In this document: piece after piece, positions 15,826 through 26,100 of the stretch
Numbering within the stretch: position 1 is the stretch's first letter
Layout: the number at the start of each line of letters is the position of its first letter
Origin: a virus
Virus record (IMG/VR): IMGVR_UViG_3300030107_001040
Location: 1-64,000 of that record
Direction: 5' to 3' (one strand)
DNA: 64,000 nt
Translations under genes and position numbers: made by a program
The notes under the pieces: generated by a model
Database searches by the model: none
What the model saw: only the letters and a program-made list of their open reading frames with translations
Told to the model about the DNA's origin: nothing

Positions 15826-15880
15826 CCGAACTTTTTTTCCCATATATTCGGAAAAAAAACTCGGCAAATTTTTTCAACTC
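15826..15880. repeat. A/T-tract hairpin element, copy 1
   Basis: CCGAACTTTTTTTCCC...CGGAAAAAAAACTCGGCAAATTTTTT; similar to 19038-19094. Confidence 0.6.
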
Positions 15881-15888
15881 TTTAGATT

Positions 15889-16635
15889 TTAAGTAACTGT
15901 TGTAGTAGTAGAGCCAGGTCCGTTATCATAAGAAGTAACGGTTCCTGTTCTTTCTGTAACAGTAACACTTCCACTAACATAGCCAGCAGTAGTTAAGAAT
16001 CTGCTTGCTAGGTTGAGTGGACTTTTTTTGTTTCCGTATAGATCCAGTTCTGAATGAGGTTCATAAGCAACCAACTCTTGAAACTCAGATAGAATAAGTT
16101 CTACTACTGGTGGTTGTGCTAGTCTAATATTTCTTTTCTTCTCATTCAAATAAGTTTCGTGTTCATAATTTGTTACAGGATATACTGAAGAGGTTTCTCC
16201 AAGTGTAGTTCCATCAGGAAGAACAGTTCTCCAAGTTGAATTAACTTCAATACCTTTCTTTAAGAACACTTCACCATTGTATAGTGCTTCTTGTGTTTCG
16301 TAGTGATGAAGACCATCTGGTTCAGGATACTTAGATCTCACAAAATTTTGTAGATCAATTAGATTCTTTGGCCACTCTTCATATACATCAATTATATTAT
16401 TAGTTAATAATACTATCCAATCTAAATATGGATCACCGTAAGCAGTTAGTGCAACTTGAGCTGGAGTTTCATCTTCTGCTAATTCATAGGCTTCCATTAA
16501 AGTTATGTACTGATCTAGATCTGCTCTAGTCTTTGCTCTTCTGAATATATTTTTAACCAAACGATACTTGTAGTCCTCATCATCTTTGATGCCTTCTCCT
16601 ACATATACATTTGGTAGATATGAAAAGTATGCCAT
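15889..16635 (-). CDS. gp53: Baseplate wedge subunit gp53
   Basis: YFSYLP, KNIFRR, YGD..LDWIVLLTNNI, HHYET. Confidence 0.88.
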   Translation of the reverse strand: MAYFSYLPNVYVGEGIKDDEDYKYRLVKNIFRRAKTRADLDQYITLMEAYELAEDETPAQVALTAYGDPYLDWIVLLTNNIIDVYEEWPKNLIDLQNFVRSKYPEPDGLHHYETQEALYNGEVFLKKGIEVNSTWRTVLPDGTTLGETSSVYPVTNYEHETYLNEKKRNIRLAQPPVVELILSEFQELVAYEPHSELDLYGNKKSPLNLASRFLTTAGYVSGSVTVTERTGTVTSYDNGPGSTTTTVT

Positions 16636-17687
16636 TAGTAACCAGCCGCAGCGTCCATTTGTGTTAGTAGTCTAGTCTCAGTAAATGTAACAGTTAAAAC
16701 AACTGCAGGGACATCTACTTGTTGACCATTTATATTTTTGAATGATGTGTATTGATTGTCTGGTGTATAGTTAACGTTAATACCTGTGCAAACAGAAGGA
16801 TATATTTTAAAGTGTAAATCTCTTCTCTCACGATCATCAATCTCTGTCAGATGTTCACTGAAGCGAACGAATCTTAGTTGATATCTATCAGGGATTTCAA
16901 AGTAACGATCTGTAGAAGCGTAACTACTGTTCTTACCCCATGAATCTTGTTTAAACCAATCCATTGCAAAGACATCAGTCTTATCTCTTTCTTTGGTTTT
17001 ACCCCAAGCATCATACTTCTTATTTTTGTTGATGAATTTCTTATTAAATTCACCACTTTGTATTCTAGGTAAACTTCCTATCTTTATGTAATCAATTATA
17101 TCTTTAACTTCTTGTGCTTCTCTAGCATTCCTTGCTAAGAATTTAAATGCAAAGTTGTGAGTTCTAAAACTCATACCTTGGAAGATCTGTTCACTGTATG
17201 GGTTGAAGATCTTACCATTTTGTAACGATTGTATAGTATTAATATCTAAGTTACCCTGTAGTCCAACAAACTGGTTGAAACTATTGATCATCTGAAGAAT
17301 CATACCAGTAGAGAATTCTGGTATTGCAGCAGCAGAAGCAGCTTGTAATGTGTCTGCCATTGAACTGAAGTCTTTACCTGCCCCCATCATTCCCATTGCA
17401 GCAAGACCTGATACACCAATGTCTGCTCTTCTATAGGCAGGACTGTATTGTGTAGTAATTTGTGGAGGTATTGCAATGTAGCATCTATCTGGATGAGCAA
17501 TTATATTTGCTTTGTTTCCTGGTAATGCTCTACTGTAAAATGCTTTTGGTGGACCTGAGTCCTCGTATTTAAATCTCTCACGTCTTATACAAATATAGTC
17601 AGTTGCTTCAGTAGGTGCATCAGCTGCTTTACCACCGTGTTGTGATCTCTGTGCAGGAGATCTATATGGGTACTTAAAAATTGACAA
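16635..17687 (-). CDS. gp48: Baseplate tail-tube cap gp48
   Basis: NPYSEQIFQGMSFRTHNFAFKF, VNYTPD, TFTET; probable TTG start at 17687. Confidence 0.82.
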   Translation of the reverse strand: MSIFKYPYRSPAQRSQHGGKAADAPTEATDYICIRRERFKYEDSGPPKAFYSRALPGNKANIIAHPDRCYIAIPPQITTQYSPAYRRADIGVSGLAAMGMMGAGKDFSSMADTLQAASAAAIPEFSTGMILQMINSFNQFVGLQGNLDINTIQSLQNGKIFNPYSEQIFQGMSFRTHNFAFKFLARNAREAQEVKDIIDYIKIGSLPRIQSGEFNKKFINKNKKYDAWGKTKERDKTDVFAMDWFKQDSWGKNSSYASTDRYFEIPDRYQLRFVRFSEHLTEIDDRERRDLHFKIYPSVCTGINVNYTPDNQYTSFKNINGQQVDVPAVVLTVTFTETRLLTQMDAAAGY

Positions 17688-17723
17688 GTTTCTGCCTAAA
17701 TATATTGTGACCTCTTTATATTT

Positions 17724-18146
17724 ATGCGTTATAAGCAAGGAAAATATATTCCAAGGCTTCCAAGGAAGTATAAAGGTGATCCTCGTAACATAGTTTACAG
17801 ATCATCATGGGAATATAAGTTCATGCTTTGGTGTGATCAAACCCCGTCAGTCACTGAATGGGGTAGTGAAGAGATTGCTATACCATATATTTCTCCTCTT
17901 GATGGTAAACGACATAGATATTACCCAGATTTCTATGTTAAAGTCGGTAAGAAAAAATATATGGTTGAAGTAAAACCCTCTAGGCAGACTAAAGAACCTA
18001 AAACTCAAAGGAAACATACTAAAAGGTATATTACTGAAGTTGTTACTTGGAGTATTAACAAGGCAAAATGGAAAGCCGCAACAGAGTTTTGTAGAGATTA
18101 TGGATGGGAGTTCATGTTAATTACAGAAAAAGAACTTAAAGTATAA
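17724..18146 (+). CDS. gp4: Head completion nuclease gp4
   Basis: YRSSWE, WGSEE, RYYPDF, VEVKP, ITEKEL. Confidence 0.92.
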   Translation: MRYKQGKYIPRLPRKYKGDPRNIVYRSSWEYKFMLWCDQTPSVTEWGSEEIAIPYISPLDGKRHRYYPDFYVKVGKKKYMVEVKPSRQTKEPKTQRKHTKRYITEVVTWSINKAKWKAATEFCRDYGWEFMLITEKELKV

Positions 18147-19024
18147 TGTTTGGAAAAGTAGTATCTGGTATTAGTGCCTTTTTACAAGGATGGAATATCC
18201 AAGACATAATAAATGGTGGTGACCTTCCTAATAAAGAAGAAGCAAGAGACTCTTCTTTACAGGAGTTTATTGCTTTCTTTAGGCAGCAGGCTAATGTTCC
18301 GAGTTATACTAACATGTACTCGGTTCACTTCTCAACTCCATCAATGATGGGGAGTCATGCTGACTGGAGTTTTTCAACTGGAGATAATAGATTACTGTTA
18401 GATTACTATGCAGATAGTGTGAACCTTCCTAGTAAACAGATGACTACGGGACAGATTGTTACTCAGGGTGCATCTTATAGGTATCCTACTGGTAGTGCAT
18501 TCAGTCAAATTAATATAGTTTTTAAAATGCCATCTAGTTATAAGACTAGAGCATTATTTGAGAGATGGATGTCATTCATGAGAAATGATGCAGATCAATA
18601 TGTAGATTACTATGACAATATTACTGCACCTACAGTAAGGATATTTAAATGGGAGAGAGGTGGTGGTTCACGTATTACGACATTTGATCCTTTAGCCCAT
18701 CAAGTATTAAAATGTGGAACTGGACAACCATTGTTCAATAACCCTAGACGGAATCGTGTTGTTGCTATGTGGGAATTGAGAAATGTGTTCCCCTTCAACG
18801 TTGGTTCTTCACAGTTAAACAATATGGAATCAAGGTTAACAACTATGTCAGTTGGATTCTACTTTGAACGATATAGATTCTATGTTCCTAGTCAGATTGA
18901 CTGGGCTAGTAAGAACACTGATATACCTGGAGGGTTATTAACTAACCCAAATAGAAGAGATAATAGACCAGAAGCAGCGAAGGATCATAGTAGAAGTAAT
19001 TGGATCACATATAATTATGCTTGA
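18146..19024 (+). CDS. Tail-tube-fold baseplate protein (gp54-like)
   Basis: SVNLPSK, FERWM, L.NVFP; position next to gp4/gp48. Confidence 0.6.
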   Translation: MFGKVVSGISAFLQGWNIQDIINGGDLPNKEEARDSSLQEFIAFFRQQANVPSYTNMYSVHFSTPSMMGSHADWSFSTGDNRLLLDYYADSVNLPSKQMTTGQIVTQGASYRYPTGSAFSQINIVFKMPSSYKTRALFERWMSFMRNDADQYVDYYDNITAPTVRIFKWERGGGSRITTFDPLAHQVLKCGTGQPLFNNPRRNRVVAMWELRNVFPFNVGSSQLNNMESRLTTMSVGFYFERYRFYVPSQIDWASKNTDIPGGLLTNPNRRDNRPEAAKDHSRSNWITYNYA

Positions 19025-19037
19025 GTCTCATATATAA

Positions 19038-19094
19038 TTCGACTTTTGTTTCCCAGAAAGTCGGGAAAAAAACTCGGCATATTTTTTGACCCTC
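19038..19094. repeat. A/T-tract hairpin element, copy 2
   Basis: TCGACTTTTGTTTCCC...CGGGAAAAAAACTCGGCATATTTTTT. Confidence 0.6.
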
Positions 19095-19133
19095 AAGGTT
19101 TTTGAATAAATAATAGTACTGAATTGACTAACT

Positions 19134-19844
19134 ATGGCATTACCTACGTTAAATACCCCACGCTTCAAAATGAAGCTACCGTCTACAGGACAGGCGATAA
19201 ATTATAGACCTTTTCTTGTAAAAGAAGAAAAAGTGCTTCTTATCGCAACTGAGACGGGTGACCAGAATAGCATTGTAAACGCTATTAAGGATATCATTGC
19301 AGCTTGCACTGATATTAAGAATGTTGATGATTTACCAACTTTTGATATTGAGTTCGTTTTCCTCCAAATCCGAACTAAGTCTGTTGGTGAAAGTGTTGAT
19401 GTTCAAGTCATTTGTCCAGATGATGAAGAAACTCAAGTGGAAGTAAAAATTCCATTAGATGAAATCAAAGTCGTAAAGACTAGGGGTCATAAAACGGAAA
19501 TTAAATTGGATGAGGAAGTTGTTTTAACAATGGGATATCCAAGTTTGGATACTTTCGTTAAAATGAACTTTACTGAAGAAGAATATGGAGCTGATCAAAT
19601 ATTTGAAATGGCAGCTAGTTGCATAAAGCAAATTGCTGATCCTGAGCAAGTATATGACTGCACTGATCTTCCTAAGAGTGAAGTAATTGAATTTATTGAA
19701 GGAATGAGTTCTGCACAGTTCAAGAAGGTTCAAGACTTTTTTGAAACTATGCCAAAACTCTCCCATACAGTTAAGGTTACAAATCCAAATACTGAAAAAG
19801 AGAACGAAATTAAACTGGAAGGTTTAGCGGCTTTTTTCGGTTAG
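19134..19844 (+). CDS. gp26: Baseplate hub assembly protein (annotated gp26 in cyanomyoviruses)
   Basis: MALP, YRPFLVKEEK.LL, FDIE..FL.IR.KSVGE, LEGL..FF. Confidence 0.85.
   Translation: MALPTLNTPRFKMKLPSTGQAINYRPFLVKEEKVLLIATETGDQNSIVNAIKDIIAACTDIKNVDDLPTFDIEFVFLQIRTKSVGESVDVQVICPDDEETQVEVKIPLDEIKVVKTRGHKTEIKLDEEVVLTMGYPSLDTFVKMNFTEEEYGADQIFEMAASCIKQIADPEQVYDCTDLPKSEVIEFIEGMSSAQFKKVQDFFETMPKLSHTVKVTNPNTEKENEIKLEGLAAFFG
19832..19838 (+). other. Putative -1 ribosomal frameshift site T-TTT-TTC
   Basis: In-frame X-XXY-YYZ heptamer one codon before the stop; SD-like GGAAGG at 19817-19822. Confidence 0.7.
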
Positions 19845-20038
19845 CCCTCCTTCATAATAATCTTCGTAATTATTATGACACTAACTTTGCACTGATACAT
19901 CATCATAAATGGCAAATTGATCATATAGACAATCTCATGCCTTGGGAAAAAGAGATCTATGTGAAAATGTTGGTAGATTTCCTCAAAGAAGAGGAAAATC
20001 GTATGAAGGAGCAACAAGCACAACAAGCAGCTAGTTGA
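19838..20038 (+). CDS. gp51: gp51-like hub assembly domain, -1 frame, no upstream start codon
   Basis: RLALLHNNLRNYYDTNFALIHHHKWQIDHIDNLMPWEKEIYVKML...; stop overlaps next ATG (TGATG). Confidence 0.75.
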   Translation, partial: RLALLHNNLRNYYDTNFALIHHHKWQIDHIDNLMPWEKEIYVKMLVDFLKEEENRMKEQQAQQAAS

Positions 20039-23000
20039 TGGCTAAAATAGTACCATATAAATTTGTTAATCCTGGGAGTTCAGGGGTAAAGACTCTTTCC
20101 TCTACTGGTCCTAGGACGTTTTTGCTGGCTACCAATAAAATTGGTAAAACAGTAACTGGTTTGGGTGCTATTGCTAAAGATATACATGCTATATCTCTTG
20201 CCAGAACGAAGAATGATAAGTTGCAGGAGAAGGCGGAGCGTCGCAAATTAAGAAGAGAGCGAGATCAAGCCGCTGAAGATAATATGGAGCGTAGAAACGC
20301 TCTAATGGGTAAAGGGATTAAAACTCCCAAAAAACCTGGAGGTAAACAGAAATCATCTTTAGATAGGATGATGGATAGTCTTCTTGGTGGTTTCATGGGG
20401 ATTTTAAGTACCGCCATGAAGTTTATTGCCATGATTGGTGGTTGGATGGCCACCAAAGAGATAATGGAATGGATGGCAAATCCTGCGAATAAGAAAAAAT
20501 TAGAGATTTTTCTTAAAAGGACGGATTTTGTTATTAGGAAAATTGCAAGTTTTGCATCAGGTAGTGTAACGAAAGTCTTGGATGGATTTTCTGCACTTGT
20601 AGATAAAGATAAAAGTTTTATTGGTAGACTAAAAGGATTTGGGACACTTTTAGTAGGAATAGTTGGATTAGGAGCCCTTTTAAATCCATTTGGAATGATG
20701 GATGCTATTCTGCAGTTGTTGAATTTAGACTTCTACAGAGATAGAGGTAGAGGAAGAGATAGGGGTAAAGGTAAAGGACGATCAACATCTACCCCTAGAG
20801 GTAAAACTCCGAATTGGAAGAAAGTTACCAGAACTAGCAATAATGTTGCTAGAAGGTTTGGTAAAAATGGTAGTAGAGTATACCGAGATGCTCTTAAGCA
20901 AGGATTAAGTGAGTCACAAGCACTTAAGAGAGTAAAGAGATTAGCAAATAAGAAACCAGGCGCATTTAGACCACCACCTAAGACATCAGGTCTAACACCA
21001 GGAACTGCTAAGACAGGGAGGGTTCTTAGCAGAGGACTTCAAAGGGGTATGGGTAGAGGAGCACTTAAGTTCCTAGGTCCAGCAAACTTGAAGTTACTTA
21101 AAGGTGCGTTTAAACAAACCTTTGGTAGAATTCCTATATTTGGAGCGATATTAACAGGTCTATTCTCCATTCTTGCAGGGGATCCTTGGCAAGCGGCACT
21201 ATTTAAAACTGCAGGTGCTGCTATTGGTGGAGCATTAGGTACACTTATCCCACTTCCAGGTATCGGTAGTCTTATCGGTATGATGGGTGGTGAATATGTT
21301 GGTGAACTTTTATATATTGGTTTCTCAGGTGGAGGTTGGAAAAAAGCAGGTAAGAAGTTAAGAGAAGACTTGGTAGGTCTTTTCAACAACTTTACAAAGA
21401 TGCTTGGTTGGATCAAAAATGGTTGGACAAGATTCTATAAGGGTATTCCTAAGTTTAAGATACCTGATTTCCCTAAAGATCCGCCAGGTCTGCTCTCAAA
21501 AGTTTGGGGTGGTAATAAGATCTGGACTGGCTTAAAGGTAATGATGAAAGCCATGATGGGACCAATGGGTTTCATGCTTGGCAAGGAGGTACCTAACCCT
21601 GTTTGGATGCTTAATCTGACAGGAAATACATTCCCCTTATTACATAAATCGTTCTTCCCAACTGCAGGAACTACAGGTCAGGGTCAGGTAGAAGAAGGTC
21701 AAGCCATAAAAGGTGAGAAGTATTCTCCCGAAGATGGTTCAGATGGTGGAGATGCTACTGGAACCACTCAAGGTAAAGGAGAACCAATATACAACAAACG
21801 TGGAAGAATAGTTGGTTATACTGGTGATAAGAATAATACTACTTCTAGTTCTAGTTCTGCATATAAGAGTGATGTAAAATCTCCATTTAAAGGGAAGTCA
21901 GAGAGACAAAAAAATAGGCATGGTACTGGTGCTATAAGAGAAGATCATGCTTCAAAACCAGAATATCAGAACCAGTGGTGGGATTTTCTTGATGTATTTG
22001 AGAATAAGAAAGTTCATTCTCCATCAACACAGGGTTGGGGACCATTAGCACCAGGTGCTGGTGGTGATGCATACGGTGATTTCTTAAATAAACAACAACC
22101 AAAAAAGGATAAGAAAAGAGCATGGTGGGATCCTAGAGGTTGGGGATCTAAAGGTCCAATGGAAGGGAGTAGATCCCGATTTAAAGAAACTGGTGGTAAA
22201 TTATTAAAAGCTTATCCACGTTTGACACGTAAACAGTTCTTCTTAGGTAAAGTTTTTAAAGGTATTAGTAAAGCAGTATCTGGTGTTGTAAAAGGTGTAG
22301 GTAAGGCTGTTAGTGGAATTATGAATTCTCCACTTGGCAGTATTTTAGGTACTGTTGTGCCTATTGTATTCCCTGCTGCTGCACCGTTCATTTATGCAGC
22401 ACAGGGTATTAGTGCCTTATCTCAAGGCAATATTATGGGTGCCATTACTGCAGGTCTTGGAGCTGCATCTGGTTTCTCTACTCATTTTGGTAGTGGTAAA
22501 TTTGCTGCTGGAATGGATAAATTCTTCTCCACTGGAATTGGAGGAGTTGCTAAAGGATTTTTAAATGGTGGTATAGGTGGAGCTCTTGGTGGATTAACTA
22601 AGATGTTACCTGGTAATGTTGGTAACTTCTTAGGTAATGTTGGTGGATTCTTAAGGAATAACCCTGCCATTAGTGGACTTATTGGATCTATTCCTGGTCT
22701 TTCTAATATACCAGGATTGTCTCAAATGTTTGGTTTGGATAGTTTTGGTCCGCAAGGATTCTCTCCTATGGGATTACTTGGTAATATTGCTGATAATATG
22801 GGATTTGGTTCAATATTCCGAACTATTACAGGAATGATGGGTGGAGGAGGTCCAATGGCAATGTTGGGTGGTCTGAGAGAAATGGCTGCTGAACTTGGAG
22901 TTGATCCTGCAGTTCTTGGTGTTACGAGTCAAAATAAACCTACATTTGGTAAACATAGCAGAGGAACCTCTCAAGATTATGCTATGCAAGCAACAATAGA

Positions 23001-23106
23001 GTTTATGCCTGTACCTATGCTATTAGAGAAACTGGTAGCAATTGAACGACCAGTACCTATACCAAAACGTATTCCAGTACCAGTGCCACAACCACAACAA
23101 GCGTAA
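20038..23106 (+). CDS. Tape-measure/baseplate-hub-like protein 1
   Basis: About 1022 aa; coiled-coil N-terminus, amphipathic Gly/Leu/Phe-rich helices; tail-module position. Confidence 0.6.
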   Translation: MAKIVPYKFVNPGSSGVKTLSSTGPRTFLLATNKIGKTVTGLGAIAKDIHAISLARTKNDKLQEKAERRKLRRERDQAAEDNMERRNALMGKGIKTPKKPGGKQKSSLDRMMDSLLGGFMGILSTAMKFIAMIGGWMATKEIMEWMANPANKKKLEIFLKRTDFVIRKIASFASGSVTKVLDGFSALVDKDKSFIGRLKGFGTLLVGIVGLGALLNPFGMMDAILQLLNLDFYRDRGRGRDRGKGKGRSTSTPRGKTPNWKKVTRTSNNVARRFGKNGSRVYRDALKQGLSESQALKRVKRLANKKPGAFRPPPKTSGLTPGTAKTGRVLSRGLQRGMGRGALKFLGPANLKLLKGAFKQTFGRIPIFGAILTGLFSILAGDPWQAALFKTAGAAIGGALGTLIPLPGIGSLIGMMGGEYVGELLYIGFSGGGWKKAGKKLREDLVGLFNNFTKMLGWIKNGWTRFYKGIPKFKIPDFPKDPPGLLSKVWGGNKIWTGLKVMMKAMMGPMGFMLGKEVPNPVWMLNLTGNTFPLLHKSFFPTAGTTGQGQVEEGQAIKGEKYSPEDGSDGGDATGTTQGKGEPIYNKRGRIVGYTGDKNNTTSSSSSAYKSDVKSPFKGKSERQKNRHGTGAIREDHASKPEYQNQWWDFLDVFENKKVHSPSTQGWGPLAPGAGGDAYGDFLNKQQPKKDKKRAWWDPRGWGSKGPMEGSRSRFKETGGKLLKAYPRLTRKQFFLGKVFKGISKAVSGVVKGVGKAVSGIMNSPLGSILGTVVPIVFPAAAPFIYAAQGISALSQGNIMGAITAGLGAASGFSTHFGSGKFAAGMDKFFSTGIGGVAKGFLNGGIGGALGGLTKMLPGNVGNFLGNVGGFLRNNPAISGLIGSIPGLSNIPGLSQMFGLDSFGPQGFSPMGLLGNIADNMGFGSIFRTITGMMGGGGPMAMLGGLREMAAELGVDPAVLGVTSQNKPTFGKHSRGTSQDYAMQATIEFMPVPMLLEKLVAIERPVPIPKRIPVPVPQPQQA

Positions 23107-23117
23107 TAAATAATTAA

Positions 23118-26100
23118 ATGGCAAAGATATCACTAGCAAAATTTACTCCATATACACCTATAGCAGCAGGTGTTGCAACTCAAGCAGCCGCTAGTCAGGA
23201 AAGTAAGGCTGGGTCTGTCTATATGGCAAAAAGTATCCAAGCTTTTAATAATCTTGGTAATACTCTTAATTCTTTTGGTGGTGTTCTTAATGATATTAGA
23301 AAAATTGAACTTAAACGTTTAGAGTCTGAAAGGTTAAAATTAAGAAAATCAGCGTTTAAACCAATGTACGGCAAAGGCGAAATGCCTAAGTTTGCTGGTT
23401 TTATTAATGATTATATTGGGAGAGGTGCGCCTAAATTCTGGGAAGCGTTAGTTAATTTCTTTACTGCTCTATTAAAGTTTGCAATAATTCGTCCAGCTTT
23501 GAAATGGCTGGCGAATCCTGAAAATCATCAAAAAATTAAGAAAGTCCTAGAAACGCTTGCTTCTGTATTCAAATGGATTAGTAATTTCCTTCGAGGGAGG
23601 ATAGTAAACACCATCAATGGGCTTTATGATATGCTCAGGGATGATGCGACCTGGTGGCAACGACTGACGGGATTTGCAAAATCATTTGTAAATCTAGGAG
23701 CATTATTCTTAGGATTGCGATGGTTAACTAATCCTGTACGATTAATTAAAGATGTTAGGTGGGTTTTAACTACCTTCTATAAATCATTAACTAGATTCCA
23801 TAAAGGACTTTTAAGAGGTCGTGCAGGCCGATTAATGGGCGGTAAGTGGGGAACAGCAGCTAAAGTTGTAACTGCTGTTGCTGGAACAGCATATCTTGGT
23901 AAGAAAGCATTAGAACTTGGTGATGATGATCAACCAGCATTAGTTGATGGTGATCTACCACAAAGAGCAAAAGGTGGTTGGGTTACTGGACCAGATTCTG
24001 GATATGCTGTTTCTACATCACCTGGAAAAGGTAGTCCTGAATTTATTGGTCATGGAACTGAATATGTAGCTAAAAAAGCTGATGGTAGTAGTTTTGTAAT
24101 ACCATTCAACAACTTTGCTACAAGGCAAATGCCTGGGTTGACCATGGCCAATATGCAAATGGCTCATGCTCAGGGATTTGACCTTCCAAATTCACTTCCT
24201 AGATTGAGTGGTAAGGAACAATTCTTAGGTGGTGTTGGTAGTTGGTTTAAGAATAAATTTACTGATAATAAAGGTATATCTTCATTATGGCATAAGCCAA
24301 AGCAACAAAAACCAATGACTTTTGGTCAAAAATTTGCTGCTGGAAACAAAGGTTGGCAAGGTAGATTAGGCGATTGGATGAAAGGTGGTGGTGCCGCCCA
24401 GATAGGTGGATCATTATTTGGTAATAAAGGAGCTAGTATTGGTGGTGCCTTAACAACTTTATTTGGTGGTGGAGGTTCTGGTGAAGGTGGTAAAGCTACT
24501 GGATGGGATATATTTAAGAGTATTGGTGGTATTGCATCAACATTTATAAAACCAGGAAGTAAAGCTTCTAATATTCTTGGTATGGCAGGTGGTATTGGTA
24601 ATATGATGTTTGGACCAGGTGGCGAAGGTATGTCATTTGGTCAAAAACTTGGTGGACTTGCACAACAATTCTTAGGTGGAACTCCTGTTGGTGGTGCTAT
24701 TAGTGCTATTGCTGGAAGTGGTGGTCTTTCTGGTGGTATTGATTCTTTAGGTGGAGGAGTTGGTGGAGGTCACTCAGGTGGTGGTGGTGGACCTGGTAGC
24801 CAAGGTTCTGGTGGAATGTACCAGAAGAAGCAAGGTGGTGGAAGAATGGCAGTTACTGCTACTGGTAAGCAGATATTGTCTAAAGGATATAGTGTATTCA
24901 ACCATCCTGATTTTAAAAATAATAAATGGAAGAAAGGACCACCTAATAGAGGAGGAGCACATAAACCTGGTGGTGGACAGAGACATCCTAAAGGTGGACT
25001 TTATGGATTAGGTCTTGGATTAGATGCAGCATGGTATGGACCTGGTAATAAAAGTGCAAAAGCAAATTCATTAGCAGGTGAAATGTTTGGTAATAGAGAT
25101 GGTGCTAAATTAACTAATATCGTTAGTGATGGATGGGGATCATGGACAGAAGGTGGAAGTAAGAAAGGACCAGGTGGATATGGATATCCAGGAGTGGTAC
25201 ATTTAGGATTTGCTGATAGGCAAGTTGCTGGATCTGGTGTAATGGGAATGGGTGAAGCAGATTACACCCGAATGAAGCAAGCCATCATTGCTAATGCTGG
25301 AGATGCTGGACCAGAAGGTATGGCACTTGCTGCTAGATCTATCTTCAATCAAGCAAATGCTATTGATGGTGGCACAGGAAGTTCTGCTTTCCGTGGTGCT
25401 AAAACTATGTCCGATATACTTGGAAATTTAGGTATTGGTAGTGGTAAATATAGTCCTAACCAGTTAGGTAAGGCAGATGAAGCCATACAAATGGCATTTA
25501 ATACTCCTGCTATGGGTAAGATGATGACCAATTTAGGTTTATCAGAACCATATCAGGCACTTTTATTAAATTCTACTACCTTTAAGAAAGGTGGAACTCC
25601 GTTTGGAATAGGTTCTGATCCTATAGGAAAGTTCAAAAATTTAACTTTTGCTGCTAATGATCCTAAGATTGGTGAGATTTGGAAGAAGTCTGGTATTGGA
25701 GATACCGAAGACGCAAGAAATCAGTTGGATAAAGAAAATAAAGGTTATGTAAGTCCTCGTGAAAGGAAGTTTGGTCCGCAGCCAAAGAGCTCTGGATCAA
25801 GCACTGGAGCTGAAATGTCATCACCTAGTTCTGCTGCTAGTGGATCTATACTAGGAGCTAGTGCTAAAGGTACTAGTTCTAATATAGTTTCTGGTAAGGC
25901 TTCTGGAAATGAGCAGGACAGAAGAGAGTCCTATCATATGAAGAAGATACATAGAGAACGTGCTAGAGCACAAGAAGGTATCATGGGTAGGACACAACGT
26001 CTTGTCCAAGAAACTATGCAACAAGTGGAATCACATAATGCTGGTGTTCGTTCATCAGTAGCAGAAGCACAAGCATTTGTTCAAAAAGCAATGCAAGGTG

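Noticed and set aside
19841-20026. Minus-strand 61-aa ORF
   Set aside because: It is the antisense shadow of the gp51-like + strand frame
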